Of a DNA stretch of 64,000 bases, positions 30,301-40,401 are shown piece by piece. How positions within the stretch are numbered: position 1 is the stretch's first letter; every line of letters begins with the position of its first letter. The position numbers and the translations under genes were made by a program. The notes below the pieces were generated by a model. The model was not told where the DNA came from. It searched no databases and was given only the letters and a program-made list of their open reading frames with translations. The DNA is from a virus. Location of the stretch: positions 1-64,000 of IMG/VR virus record IMGVR_UViG_3300013094_000026; one strand, 5' to 3'.

Positions 30301-32385
30301 AAAACTGTAAATATTGCAAATAATGATGGCGGTAGTTCAACTACAGAAACTATAAATTATGTTTCAGGTATTACGTATACGGCATCAAGTGCTTTTACGG
30401 CGGGTCAATTTCAAGTAGGACAAAGAGTATCCGTTGTTGGATTTGTTCCCGATCAATACAACATATCTGGAGTAATTACTGCAAGTGATTCCACAACATT
30501 TACTCTAGCAGCCAATATTAATTTGGGCACTTCATCATTCCCATCTGTTTCAGATGCAACAAATGCATTTGCAATCTTTACAAGCGATAATAGTTTTGAT
30601 GTAACAATAACTCCAACAGGAAAAATAGCTAATGTTCAGAGAGGTATGTTTGGAACTGTTGCTAATGACCATTTAATAATTAGTGGCTCAACAGTTAATG
30701 GATCAAATAAAAACTTAGCTGAATTATCTCTTGATTTATCAAGCTATAATCTATCTACTACGACAACTACTACAATAGCAAATGATCATCTAGCAAGTCC
30801 AGATAACCCCACAATTGAGTTTATAAATGTGCAGCCATCATCAAATTCTCAAACATTAATTCTAAATGTAGGTATTGTAGGTCTTAATTACTGTACATAT
30901 TCTGCAAGATTTAGTTTAAATGCTAATGACGTTTGTTCAGGCGGAGTTTTCTTTGGGTTAGATCCCGCCACATCAACTAGTGAAGGAATGTATTTTGTTG
31001 AATTAATAAAATTGCATGATTATACATTAAGTGGTACTACCGTAACATTCTCAAGTAAAAACAACTATAATTATTATCTTGTCTTTTATCAGATTGTCAG
31101 TGGTACACCAAATATAATTTCATGGACAGATGTTACAGGCACAGTAGGATATATTCAAAGTAATTTTGAAAAAGTTTTGTATAAGAGTTCTGGTAAAGGA
31201 ACTTCAAACTATCAATATTCTTATGCAACTGATCAGAATTATAATTTAAGGGTTGCAATCTCTACTTCAAATGGAACTGACGGGGAAACAGCTGGTCAGC
31301 TTTTAAATGTATTTTTAAATAATATTGAAATAACAGGATGGCAAATCCCCATAGTTGCATCTTCAGTTGATACAGATAATACATCTATAATGTATTGGAC
31401 ATCTGGAGGATCAACTTATACTTGGAGTTCAACACCAATAAATAAAATGACTGGTTTAAGGCAGAAAGTTCCATTTAGCCTTGATCCAACAAATTTGTTA
31501 TACTCAACATACTCTGGTTATTCTTCTTCACTATCCCCAGTTTTTCCATATGGCATGTTTCCTTCAGGAACTCAAGTAGCGGGTGCAGCGGGAACTGCAA
31601 GCTACGTTAGAGAAGTTCATTGTTGTGAAAAACCATTGATTGAAAGAAGTGTAAATTACTATTATCAAGATAGAGAATTTTTGAATGGCATGGTACAAAA
31701 TAGAAATGTTTATAATCAATATCAATCATGTATTGTTCAGACAAATCCAGATGTAGTTGGAATTAATTACTATGATGTTCAATATCAGACACCTGCAGCA
31801 ACCAGTGTAGATGTATTGCCAATTGAATATTTGTGGTATTATTTCCCAGGAACTCAACCTATTGATCAACAATTTTATCAACAACAAGTTGTTGATGAGT
31901 ATTCGCTATCATATTCAACCCCAATTAATACTGGATTTAGAGCACGTATGGCTATTGTTAATAACTGTGGTCACATGGTTTATTTAAATAAACAGTCAGA
32001 TAGTTTAAATGCTTTTACAGTTGTACTTAATCTTTGGACACATGAAGTTATTGCTCCATCAGATCCAGAAGTAATACAAAAAATTCTTGATCCTGCCAAC
32101 ATATCTGAAGTAATTCAAGTAGACAGTCCTTGGATTCAATCAAAAGCATCTGCAAATAAGCTTATTGATGTTATTAAAATTGGAAATGACGGGTTTTCAA
32201 AAGATACAGCAGTTCAAATATTTGGTAATCCTATGGTACAAGTTGGAGATGTAATTACAATTAATTACAGTTTGGCGGGAATTACTGGAGAAAAGTATCT
32301 AGTTCATGAAGTAGCCCATGTATTTAATAAAGGTCTAAAGACTACATTAACTCTAAATTCACTTAGACCTGGCATAGGTTACTAA
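27307..32385 (+). CDS. Large tail tip/hub protein with inserted carbohydrate-binding-like domain
   Basis: YIDEFGVMRF and C-terminal FGNPMVQVGDVITI hub motifs; RTNLITNPSFEDG insert. Confidence 0.75.
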   Translation: MITSPNVISGNVTTSTFQNSNSIEMVPIVSAEWNMNLFNQPYITVAGTGSPETITLSNGSLSSASSNDAMQNVTTYTFAMSGNQKQIGYTVNTQSPYSQAYKIVTYMKTDSDLPIMVNAYAQGGLPGEYGSTTVDINAFGYTKIVTYLGSSATLGAISYFTYTINLSSYGADNLTGVNVFLTQPEVYATTFFDYQNNSLWPTDSVFNYFRPGESYVTSGNSYCALKSNRIINTSLTNNPINNSSVTRTNLITNPSFEDGTTNGYSSANSLTTSTNYSYVGVYSSLSTAVSSNDTNMIYQATTIPTSGTYTASAYFYVPAGSNLAGQQVVLSPESGQTSIVEHPTTLIAGQWVRTYTTFNSDAGSVPVVARINVNILQHNGDQLYSDAWLLESGSTLGSYFEGTSTSPLAGSYYPPATSIIQNPQFLMVNPPVPMYKNVAASDMAPYKYFVSDTSANIGYPSISAVYHTGCSANKIVLKFNTIVTNPNISVSLDNNTIWAGSVNDSTESGVLTLYYDGSSWSTNSWTTMPSFIETKGSTTGNISIYQTFNQITVTQTDAAINSTFSSYSNSYLSDDATRMHLIEISPRIEIDISKYVMELDINKQLDSKNNYIPISSINPNDAELTLSSIPIAGVNNAPIPIFSSQNNLSSNILYNMMRKNIKFYFSWKLISYSSITGTTFVNYSDNNPTNQTYIPAGVYWSNSWDETDIQTVKVACYDVVNYLQMVPVPDYVASNKPIFEIITDIMDLAGYTDYDVDSLFKVCNDTSKPMDMYYYFCNSQSGTVYDALSELFLAHQIGAYIDEFGVMRFLSLADIMRNQTSVATFDDSSIIQGGYSITNKAKPGMITVSYQEPKVLQSLALQNATSVGIENSPSFIYTTSNDVVWSQKNADSVGYNYLSTSMLQNDNFFTMNKNDLLDIFHTYLLNNDGYAVIEGEIVSFLYKEYTLTQTSNPSNTVTVYPKTDIELAAYIDSFVKQNNVGFLNNSATLTGASITTSTKTVNIANNDGGSSTTETINYVSGITYTASSAFTAGQFQVGQRVSVVGFVPDQYNISGVITASDSTTFTLAANINLGTSSFPSVSDATNAFAIFTSDNSFDVTITPTGKIANVQRGMFGTVANDHLIISGSTVNGSNKNLAELSLDLSSYNLSTTTTTTIANDHLASPDNPTIEFINVQPSSNSQTLILNVGIVGLNYCTYSARFSLNANDVCSGGVFFGLDPATSTSEGMYFVELIKLHDYTLSGTTVTFSSKNNYNYYLVFYQIVSGTPNIISWTDVTGTVGYIQSNFEKVLYKSSGKGTSNYQYSYATDQNYNLRVAISTSNGTDGETAGQLLNVFLNNIEITGWQIPIVASSVDTDNTSIMYWTSGGSTYTWSSTPINKMTGLRQKVPFSLDPTNLLYSTYSGYSSSLSPVFPYGMFPSGTQVAGAAGTASYVREVHCCEKPLIERSVNYYYQDREFLNGMVQNRNVYNQYQSCIVQTNPDVVGINYYDVQYQTPAATSVDVLPIEYLWYYFPGTQPIDQQFYQQQVVDEYSLSYSTPINTGFRARMAIVNNCGHMVYLNKQSDSLNAFTVVLNLWTHEVIAPSDPEVIQKILDPANISEVIQVDSPWIQSKASANKLIDVIKIGNDGFSKDTAVQIFGNPMVQVGDVITINYSLAGITGEKYLVHEVAHVFNKGLKTTLTLNSLRPGIGY

Positions 32386-32434
32386 AATATCAAAAAACTG
32401 GTATAATTATTACTAGCACCTATAAGGAGACAAA

Positions 32435-32998
32435 ATGGCGTATGTAAAGATATCTGACCCAAATATTATAGATATATCTGCTTGGCAACAATTAATTAAT
32501 GTTGTAAATCAACATAGTGATAGTATTACTGCTTTGAGCAATAATTTTAATGGGGTAGGTTCTTCTCAGGTAGACTGGTCTTCAGCTACATGGTCACACG
32601 TATGGGATCCAGGCTCTCAGGCACTAGTTTATGGAAAAATTCAAGTTGTTACATCAAGTGCAACATATGTAAATAAAAGTGCTTCAGGTTCAGGCACACA
32701 AGGTATACAAGGAACAAATTCATCTACAAGTAAAGTTTTCTATGGTACAGCTTCATTTTCAGACCCAACAGTTTCATCTATTTTTCAATTTAGTTCTATA
32801 CCAATTGTAACTGCTACACTGTATAGCGGTCATAATTCTTCAGGTCCAGTAAGTGTAGTTAATTCAAGTTGCATAGTAACTATTTATAATATCACTACTT
32901 CAGGATTTAACTGGAGAATATCAAGTGCATCAGGTAGTTCAGCAGATACACCTACAGGTACTTTTTACATAATGTGGACAGCAGCAGGTCCAAGATAA
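32435..32998 (+). CDS. Minor tail protein (H-type lectin/gp53-like C-terminus)
   Basis: FSSIPIVTAT...ITTSGF...IMWTAAG pattern. Confidence 0.55.
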   Translation: MAYVKISDPNIIDISAWQQLINVVNQHSDSITALSNNFNGVGSSQVDWSSATWSHVWDPGSQALVYGKIQVVTSSATYVNKSASGSGTQGIQGTNSSTSKVFYGTASFSDPTVSSIFQFSSIPIVTATLYSGHNSSGPVSVVNSSCIVTIYNITTSGFNWRISSASGSSADTPTGTFYIMWTAAGPR

Positions 32999-33010
32999 AC
33001 AGGGGGTATT

Positions 33011-36000
33011 GTGGTACAAGGACAAGAACCACCAAAGTATAAATCGCCAACGTCGGTAGGAAAAAGACAAACAATTCCTGTTGACGTAAATGATCGTCGT
33101 GCCAAAAAAAATAACCCAAATAACCCAAGAGGCCGTAGTGGTGCAGAATTTGAGATTATTGATTTAACTGGCAGTGCTTCTTTAATAGAAGGTGGTGACG
33201 GAAGCGGTACTGCAGTTGCAAATGGCGGTTCAGGTAATAATGGTGGAACTCCAGATGTAATTATCCCTGGAAGTGGGGGTAATCCTCCAGTATATTATCC
33301 AGGAGGCAGTGGTCCTTATGTAATTGGTTTAACAGATCCTTCAGATATATCTGCAGTGTGGAATGGTGATGAACTAGATATAACATTTACTTGGGATATT
33401 GGTAATGCTGCAAATGGAACTGCATCTCAATTTGTTGTTGATTTAACATCTGATGGAATAACTCAGTCAACACCATTTGATACATTTTCTCCAATATCTG
33501 CTTATAGTGTTGGCACTAATCAATTTATGCTTCCAATAAGTAAGCAATTGAATGAACAAATGTTTGGTATTTTTACAACAAACATTACTAAGGTTTGTAT
33601 CGAAGTTGCAGATCCACTTGCCAACACAAATGTTAGTGGTGCAGTATGCACTACAAATGTTGGTTCTCATATATTTGATGTAAATCCTCCAACAATACTT
33701 GTAACTTCAATTAATAATGGTTATAATGTTTCTTACGGTGAAAGTGCGGGAACTCCAAAAGGCTCCACTGTATATAAGGCTGGAACATCTTTAGGGGTAA
33801 CACCAGTTGGTATTGATTCAATTGATGTTTGGGAAATAGAGAGCAATTCTTCAGTTGCACCAACTATCACTCTAGACAGTTCAAATAACCCTACAGGATG
33901 GTCAAGAACTTACCTTGGATTGTTTAATCCAGTAAATGTAATTTCTCCAGATTTAAATTCTAGATGGGTGGCAGCTAGATTTAATTCAAGTAGTGCTGAG
34001 CATACAGACTTTTGTGCACCACAATTTGTAACACCTACAGCACCAGTATCTATTAATACTACAAAACCTACAGATCCCACAGTTACAGCAGCCTGGTCAG
34101 GCAATGATATTGTTTTAAGTTATACACTTCCGTCATCTAATGCTGGATCTTCTTTTATTGTTAGACTTACTGCACCAAATAATCAAGTTGGTTTTTTTTA
34201 CTTCACTCTGACGGGTACAGTAACTACAGGTACTTTTACAATAACATCAACTGATTTATTGAATCAGTTTGGATTACCAGTACCTTCAACTTTTGACATT
34301 TTCTTCCAAAGCGTTTCTGGTGTAGGAATAAAAAGTGATGGAATAACTGTAAATTGGACAGGATCTTCAACAAGAACTACTGGTCTATCTACACAAATTC
34401 CATCGCCAACATTTACAGCAATAATAGATGGTGTTGTAGGAACATTTGATTTTTCACAGTATAATGCTTCATATGGCGAAGTTTATATGTCTTATGAAGA
34501 CTGTTGGACTCCACTGTCAACATCAACCTCAACACATTATTCATTTGATATAATAGATTATTTTAATGCACAATATGTTTCTGGTGGAGCAGTTGGAACA
34601 AACACAATTACTTTAAATAATTTTATTAATGAAGATGGTGTGTTTACAGATCCTACCGTCTACCTAGGAGTTCCGTTTCATGGAACGGGAGTACCAGATT
34701 ATACATTTATTTCAGCAATATCTTTAGTTAGCACAGGAACTTATCAATTAACATTAAGTACATATAATTTAACAACAAACTCTAATGTTGCATCTAACTT
34801 TACTACACAAGCATCAGGTCAATATACAATGCAGATGCTTGCATATAGTGGTTCTTCTCCAGCAACAATCTATAATACACTATATGCACCACTATACTTT
34901 ACGGTTAGATATGTAGATCAATTTGGAACAGAATCATATTTTTGTCCAACAAAAAGTAAAACACCGTTAAATATAACAACATCACTTATTAATACTGCAA
35001 TTTCAGTTACAAAAGGTGCGGGTGCTATATATCTAGGAGATACAGCAACTTCACTTCCAAACGTAATTATTGGAACAAGTAATAATGAGTCTGGAATATT
35101 TGTTTGGGGTCCAAATTCAGTTCAAGGAACACAGGGAACTCAGTATACAACATTAAATACACAGCCAACAACATCAATTATTGGTGATACAGCATCACCG
35201 TACACATTCATTACCACTGATGCAAAAATTGCAGACTGGTCAATAACTGCACAGCATATTCAAAATGATTTGACAGGTGGATCATATTCAACAGGATATG
35301 TAGGTCTTTCTGGATCAAATTCAAATTATTCATTTTGGGCTGGAGCAAGTGCATCAGACAATTCTGCACAAGATGCTAAATTTAGTGTAACCCCAGCAGG
35401 TTTAGTCACTGCTAAAAATATACAAATAGTTGGCGGTAATTTAGATATTGGTGCTTCTTCATACAAATATTCAGCACAAGGAACAACATCTTCTTCTACC
35501 TTAACAGTAAATACTACAAATCTTTCATCTGGAATGTATGTAGTTGGTACAGGTATCCCAGATGGCACTATTATTAATAGTGTTGGTTCAGGTTCTATTG
35601 TATTAAGTAATAATCCAACTTCAAACATAACAAATGGACTTATAACTTTTATTTCTCCAAATGGTGCACATATAACAACAGCAGGTCAATTATTTGCAAC
35701 AGATGCATATATAAATGGAAATATCACTGCAACAGGTGGTAAATTTACTGGAAATGTACAATTAGTTGGAGGTTCATTGTATGCACTAGGTGCTCAAGGA
35801 ACTACAAACTCGGGTATAAGAACAATATTTAATGCACAAGGAATTGCTGCTTATAATGCTGGCGGAGGTTACGCAGAGCTTCTTACAACCCCACTAGCAG
35901 ATGGTTCAGTGTTTGCTACAACAGCAGCTAATATTGGTGGATGGTCAGTAAGCACACAACAAATTTATAAAACCAGTCGTTCAGGAAAAGGCAATATAGT

Positions 36001-37762
36001 CCTTGATTCTCAAAATGGATATATTTATGTTTCTGATACAAATGTATCTCAATTTACAGCAGGAATAAATAGTGTAATTGATACAAATGGTGTGGCGTTT
36101 TGGGCGGGAACAGCATCATTAGCTGTTCAAAGTACACAAAGTACACAAGGTTTACAAACTTCACTTCCTGTTATTGCAGACCCAGCATTACAAAGTCCTT
36201 CATATAGTTCATATTTGCAAAGTCATAATGGATCATTACCGCAAGATGCATTTGGCAATTTAATTATGAGTCCATATTCAAATCCGTTTATAGTAAGAAA
36301 TGATGGAACTCTATTTGCAAGAGGCGGTAATTTCTTTGGAAATGTAATGTCAAGTGGTTCTTTAGGAACTATTACTATGGACAGCAGAAATGATATGTTA
36401 GTATTTGACACAAATCCAGTAGCATCTCAAGAAGTTAATGGATATGATGCTACACAAAGAGTTTATTCATTTTTAGTTCCCAGAAACAACAATATATATT
36501 TAATTAGTCCTGGACCTGAACTGCCTTGGGGTAGTGCACATGTTAATCCCAAAGAGGGTTACGTGGGAACTCAAAACACACATGGTGTGATAACTGGACC
36601 ACCTACAAGCAAACCATATTTTTCGGCTGGATCAAGTTTTTATAATTCATGGGGATTTCAAGCAGATGGAATCGGCATGTATACGGGTGAATGGGATTAT
36701 TTCAATAATGCTCAACATACAAGTAAGCCATTTATAACTGTCACAAGTGGCTTATTAGACCCTACTTCACAATCAAGTGGTGGAATTTCTGGAACTAATT
36801 TTGAGAATAGTCAGCTTGATGGAAGCGGAGTTCAAATATCTGGAAGTCCAGATCTTGGAATGTTGTTTGAATCAACTCAGCATTGGACAGGAGACTTTAA
36901 TTCAATTCCAAGAGGTGGAATTCTTATATATACTTCACAAGAAGATCCAACTCAGTCAGATTCAATACATCCATCTTATTCTCCTTCAACTAAATATGGT
37001 CCATATGTTGAGATTTTAAGAGATATGGATCCAAACTCCCCAACTATCCCTGTTAGTACAGGATTATTAGTAGGTGCAGGAGTTTATAATCCAGGAGATG
37101 TTGTGACATCGGCAAGAATACAAATAGGTGTTGGAAGTGCTCAGGATGTGAATAATACTTCAACACAGGGTATTTATTCACCTCCATATATTGAATTGAT
37201 TAAAGATATAAATTATTCTTCATTAGGATATCAAAGTAATACAGGTAAAATAACTCTTTTTGCAGCTACTAATGCATATATGCAAATTGCTGATGGAAAT
37301 AGTACTCTGTACGGACAAGGCGGGGACAGGCCCTTAGCCTATCAAGGAGGATCTAGAATTGATCTCTATGCAGAAAATAATGGAGTTAATATATATGGAT
37401 TGCCAATTCAAAAAGATGTAGATATAAGAGCTTGGCCATCCGATGGTTCATCAATTGTTCCATTACAGTATACTACTTATTTTGAAACAGCACAGCATAA
37501 TGCAACTATTGAGTATGCAACACCTACTTCATTAGTGTATCCTGATTTGAGTATAGATAATAAAGCACACTATAGGAATGCATACCCACTAGGAAATTAT
37601 GCAAGACAAAGATTGTTGGTTGAAGACCCAGTAACTGGTATGGCAATGTTGGGAATGGCGGTATACTATAGAGATACTTCAGACCCAATAGTTATTGCAG
37701 AAGGAATAGATACACCTTCTACCAGCAGTGGCTATGTTGGTGATTTATGGATAGATTATTAA
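33011..37762 (+). CDS. Large tail fibre / central spike with FN3-like repeats
   Basis: 1583 aa beta-rich; FWAG..AKFSVTPAG and IGGW repeats; ends PSTSSGYVGDLWIDY. Confidence 0.7.
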   Translation: MVQGQEPPKYKSPTSVGKRQTIPVDVNDRRAKKNNPNNPRGRSGAEFEIIDLTGSASLIEGGDGSGTAVANGGSGNNGGTPDVIIPGSGGNPPVYYPGGSGPYVIGLTDPSDISAVWNGDELDITFTWDIGNAANGTASQFVVDLTSDGITQSTPFDTFSPISAYSVGTNQFMLPISKQLNEQMFGIFTTNITKVCIEVADPLANTNVSGAVCTTNVGSHIFDVNPPTILVTSINNGYNVSYGESAGTPKGSTVYKAGTSLGVTPVGIDSIDVWEIESNSSVAPTITLDSSNNPTGWSRTYLGLFNPVNVISPDLNSRWVAARFNSSSAEHTDFCAPQFVTPTAPVSINTTKPTDPTVTAAWSGNDIVLSYTLPSSNAGSSFIVRLTAPNNQVGFFYFTLTGTVTTGTFTITSTDLLNQFGLPVPSTFDIFFQSVSGVGIKSDGITVNWTGSSTRTTGLSTQIPSPTFTAIIDGVVGTFDFSQYNASYGEVYMSYEDCWTPLSTSTSTHYSFDIIDYFNAQYVSGGAVGTNTITLNNFINEDGVFTDPTVYLGVPFHGTGVPDYTFISAISLVSTGTYQLTLSTYNLTTNSNVASNFTTQASGQYTMQMLAYSGSSPATIYNTLYAPLYFTVRYVDQFGTESYFCPTKSKTPLNITTSLINTAISVTKGAGAIYLGDTATSLPNVIIGTSNNESGIFVWGPNSVQGTQGTQYTTLNTQPTTSIIGDTASPYTFITTDAKIADWSITAQHIQNDLTGGSYSTGYVGLSGSNSNYSFWAGASASDNSAQDAKFSVTPAGLVTAKNIQIVGGNLDIGASSYKYSAQGTTSSSTLTVNTTNLSSGMYVVGTGIPDGTIINSVGSGSIVLSNNPTSNITNGLITFISPNGAHITTAGQLFATDAYINGNITATGGKFTGNVQLVGGSLYALGAQGTTNSGIRTIFNAQGIAAYNAGGGYAELLTTPLADGSVFATTAANIGGWSVSTQQIYKTSRSGKGNIVLDSQNGYIYVSDTNVSQFTAGINSVIDTNGVAFWAGTASLAVQSTQSTQGLQTSLPVIADPALQSPSYSSYLQSHNGSLPQDAFGNLIMSPYSNPFIVRNDGTLFARGGNFFGNVMSSGSLGTITMDSRNDMLVFDTNPVASQEVNGYDATQRVYSFLVPRNNNIYLISPGPELPWGSAHVNPKEGYVGTQNTHGVITGPPTSKPYFSAGSSFYNSWGFQADGIGMYTGEWDYFNNAQHTSKPFITVTSGLLDPTSQSSGGISGTNFENSQLDGSGVQISGSPDLGMLFESTQHWTGDFNSIPRGGILIYTSQEDPTQSDSIHPSYSPSTKYGPYVEILRDMDPNSPTIPVSTGLLVGAGVYNPGDVVTSARIQIGVGSAQDVNNTSTQGIYSPPYIELIKDINYSSLGYQSNTGKITLFAATNAYMQIADGNSTLYGQGGDRPLAYQGGSRIDLYAENNGVNIYGLPIQKDVDIRAWPSDGSSIVPLQYTTYFETAQHNATIEYATPTSLVYPDLSIDNKAHYRNAYPLGNYARQRLLVEDPVTGMAMLGMAVYYRDTSDPIVIAEGIDTPSTSSGYVGDLWIDY

Positions 37763-37769
37763 ATATAAA

Positions 37770-37798
37770 TTGACAAAATTTTATAGTTAATATATAAT
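37770..37798 (+). promoter_or_regulatory. Consensus sigma70/SigA promoter
   Basis: TTGACA-17 nt-TATAAT. Confidence 0.75.
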
Positions 37799-37823
37799 AA
37801 AAATATAGAGAAAAAGGTTTAAG

Positions 37824-37994
37824 ATGGATAATTTAGAGTTAATTGTAACAGCATTGCAGCAAAGAATTGGTGAGATTGTTTCACAATATGAAGGTCAGGT
37901 TGCTTATTTAAGAGCACAAATTACTCAGCTTACAAATCAGCAAAATAATATAACTAATGCTCCAACGGGCATAAAGAGCAATTCAAAAGAATAA
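37824..37994 (+). CDS. 56 aa coiled-coil protein (not in ORF track)
   Basis: MDNLELIVTALQQRIGEIVSQYEGQVAYLRAQITQL..., AAGG SD and promoter upstream. Confidence 0.7.
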   Translation: MDNLELIVTALQQRIGEIVSQYEGQVAYLRAQITQLTNQQNNITNAPTGIKSNSKE

Positions 37995-38011
37995 ATTATA
38001 GGTAATAATAC

Positions 38012-39361
38012 ATGACTTCAAGTACCCCAAATTTTTGGTTAAAAGGTGGTGATGCCACATGGAAAAATCCTGCAGATTTTTGGGTAAAAGCTGCAGATGG
38101 TACTTGGAAAGAAGTAAAAGCTGCATGGGTAAAAGGCTCAGATAAAACTTGGAAACAATTTTGGCCATCAGGAGGAAAAATTATTGTAGTTATAAGTAAT
38201 AATAGTGTGCCATTCGAAACTGGTACTGGAGCACTTTCTCAAGAGACTGTAACTTCAGGATTATCTTTAGGTGACGGAGAACATTCTTTTGGACAATTAG
38301 TGGGTATTAATAATATACCAACAGGTACATATACATTTGATGGTTCAAGTGGTGATATTCAATATTCATATTCATCTGACATTATGTTTAGAGATCTCTC
38401 TAGTATGCATACTTTACCATATGACGACGATCATGCATGGGCAGTAACTTTGCCATTTGCTGTATCAGTAGGCACTTATACTGGAAATATAATTAATATT
38501 ACTACTAATGGTGGAGTAATATTTGGAAATTATTTTGGTTATATAGGGTCAAGTAATCAAGAAAGAAATGGCATAAATGGTAATACAACATGGATACCAG
38601 AAAATTTAAATTTATTGAATGCACCATCAATTTGGGGCTTATGGTATGATATTGATACTTATTATGGTGGAAATATATACTATGGTGTTAAAACTGATGA
38701 TAATGGAAAAGAATTTTTTCAAGTATCATGGGTAGATGTCGGTTACTATGCAACTTACGATTCTTCACATTTTACTTCATTTGATATATATATATATCCA
38801 GGAGCCTTAAACAAAGTTGCTTTTTCAAATAGTTATTATTATGATTTTGAAGGAAGTTTTTTTCAATCTAGTGGACCAGATACTACTTGGTTGAGTTATC
38901 CTTGGGGATTATTTTCATTTAATAATTCTCCTGCTTTATCATCTTTTTCTATTTCCACTGATCATGCACATACTGGTAGTAAATCTTTAAAAATAAATTG
39001 GACTACAGGCGATCAAGCTGGGGCTTATTTGATATTAGGGCCGATTAATAATTTTTCCTATGTGCCGTCATCAATAACTTTTTCTGCTTATGTTTATGTA
39101 CCTTCGGGAAGTCCAGATGTATATTTAACCATTAGCAGTGGTCAGTATTATTATCTATCTGGAGAATCTGCTTCTCCATTTACTTTTACTTCAATTAAAG
39201 ATACATGGACACTATTAACACTTACTGTACCATTTTCTGATTTTTACTATTATGCTACCTCAAATGGTGTTATTGATGATTTACAAATTCAACAAGATGC
39301 TAATAATTTATCTGGAGGTACGGTGTATATAGACACAGTAACAATTTCAGTTAATCAGTAA
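38012..39361 (+). CDS. Putative receptor-binding protein (WxK repeats + NIDO-like + CBM-like domains)
   Basis: Three W[LV]KxxDxTWK repeats; DDD...LPF...ITTNG..FG...WYDID NIDO-like segment; C-terminal HTGSKSLKI...VYIDTV jelly-roll pattern. Confidence 0.55.
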   Translation: MTSSTPNFWLKGGDATWKNPADFWVKAADGTWKEVKAAWVKGSDKTWKQFWPSGGKIIVVISNNSVPFETGTGALSQETVTSGLSLGDGEHSFGQLVGINNIPTGTYTFDGSSGDIQYSYSSDIMFRDLSSMHTLPYDDDHAWAVTLPFAVSVGTYTGNIINITTNGGVIFGNYFGYIGSSNQERNGINGNTTWIPENLNLLNAPSIWGLWYDIDTYYGGNIYYGVKTDDNGKEFFQVSWVDVGYYATYDSSHFTSFDIYIYPGALNKVAFSNSYYYDFEGSFFQSSGPDTTWLSYPWGLFSFNNSPALSSFSISTDHAHTGSKSLKINWTTGDQAGAYLILGPINNFSYVPSSITFSAYVYVPSGSPDVYLTISSGQYYYLSGESASPFTFTSIKDTWTLLTLTVPFSDFYYYATSNGVIDDLQIQQDANNLSGGTVYIDTVTISVNQ

Positions 39362-39412
39362 TTTTATGTTATAATTAATAAAAACAATAAAATATAAATA
39401 GATGGGAAAAAA

Positions 39413-39667
39413 ATGTTAACAGATCAAGATAAAATTAATTATTTATATCAACAAATTTCAAGTTTATCATTAATATTATATAATGATGAATTAACACAAA
39501 AAATGAATTTAAATTCATTACCTGCAAATGCAGTTACAAATGCACTAAATGCAAATATTGCTCCAAATTCAAATATTTCTAAAAGAATTGAGTTTTTGCA
39601 ACAAGAGTATGATGCTCTTGTTAAAGCAACGGGGCTATCACCAATTATTACTGCACCTAAATCATGA
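39413..39667 (+). CDS. Hypothetical protein
   Basis: ORF with TGTTATAAT upstream. Confidence 0.6.
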   Translation: MLTDQDKINYLYQQISSLSLILYNDELTQKMNLNSLPANAVTNALNANIAPNSNISKRIEFLQQEYDALVKATGLSPIITAPKS

Positions 39668-40068
39668 ATTTATTGAAATCTTTTAATAAAAAATCTAAAG
39701 TAGAAAATATTACTTTTACACCAGTAATCCCAAGTGGATTAATTGGTCATACTGAAAAAGGGTATTTTTATGTTAAAGGTAAAAAAAGATTTAGATTTGT
39801 TTCTGAAAGAGCAATGAAAACTTGGAATCTTCCCGTCATAAAAACTACAGAAGAAAAAATGACGGGACTACCAATAGTGGGCGTATTAGGTCTTAGAGAT
39901 GGAACAGTAGCTAAAGATATCTCAGATGGTAAGATCTATTTAATTAGTGATTCAAAAAGAAGACATATTATTAATCCAGATGTGCTTCTTTGGATAAATT
40001 CTAGTATAATAGAGGTATCTCAAAAAGATATTCTTTGTCACGATGAAGGATATGTATTAGATGAATAA
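39664..40068 (+). CDS. Hypothetical protein with two internal repeats
   Basis: G(Y/K)(F/I)Y....K(R/K)(F/R).. repeated twice. Confidence 0.65.
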   Translation: MNLLKSFNKKSKVENITFTPVIPSGLIGHTEKGYFYVKGKKRFRFVSERAMKTWNLPVIKTTEEKMTGLPIVGVLGLRDGTVAKDISDGKIYLISDSKRRHIINPDVLLWINSSIIEVSQKDILCHDEGYVLDE

Positions 40069-40088
40069 AGTTGGAATGAAAATCTAAA

Positions 40089-40349
40089 ATGTACAATCCT
40101 ATCAAAGTTTGGACAAAACGAGATAGAAGAGTTAGTCGGGAAGGCTATGTACTGATTAAAGTACCTGAGCATCCCAAAAATTTTAAAGGCTGGTATTACG
40201 AACACCGCCTAATAATTGAAAAACAATTAAATAGAATCATTGAAGATTGGGAAACTGTTCATCATATCAATGAAGATAAAACTGATAATAGATTAATTAA
40301 TCTATTTATATGTTCAAGATTAGAACATAATAAAGCACACGCTGCTTGA
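40089..40349 (+). CDS. Small HNH-domain protein
   Basis: EHRLII...ETVHHINEDKTDNRLINL. Confidence 0.85.
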   Translation: MYNPIKVWTKRDRRVSREGYVLIKVPEHPKNFKGWYYEHRLIIEKQLNRIIEDWETVHHINEDKTDNRLINLFICSRLEHNKAHAA

Positions 40350-40375
40350 CAAAATAAAACAAGATACGCTACAAT
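40346..40375 (+). promoter_or_regulatory. sigma70/SigA promoter
   Basis: TTGACA-18 nt-TACAAT. Confidence 0.65.
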
Positions 40376-40401
40376 TAACTAAACTCACAGAAAGAGATTA
40401 G

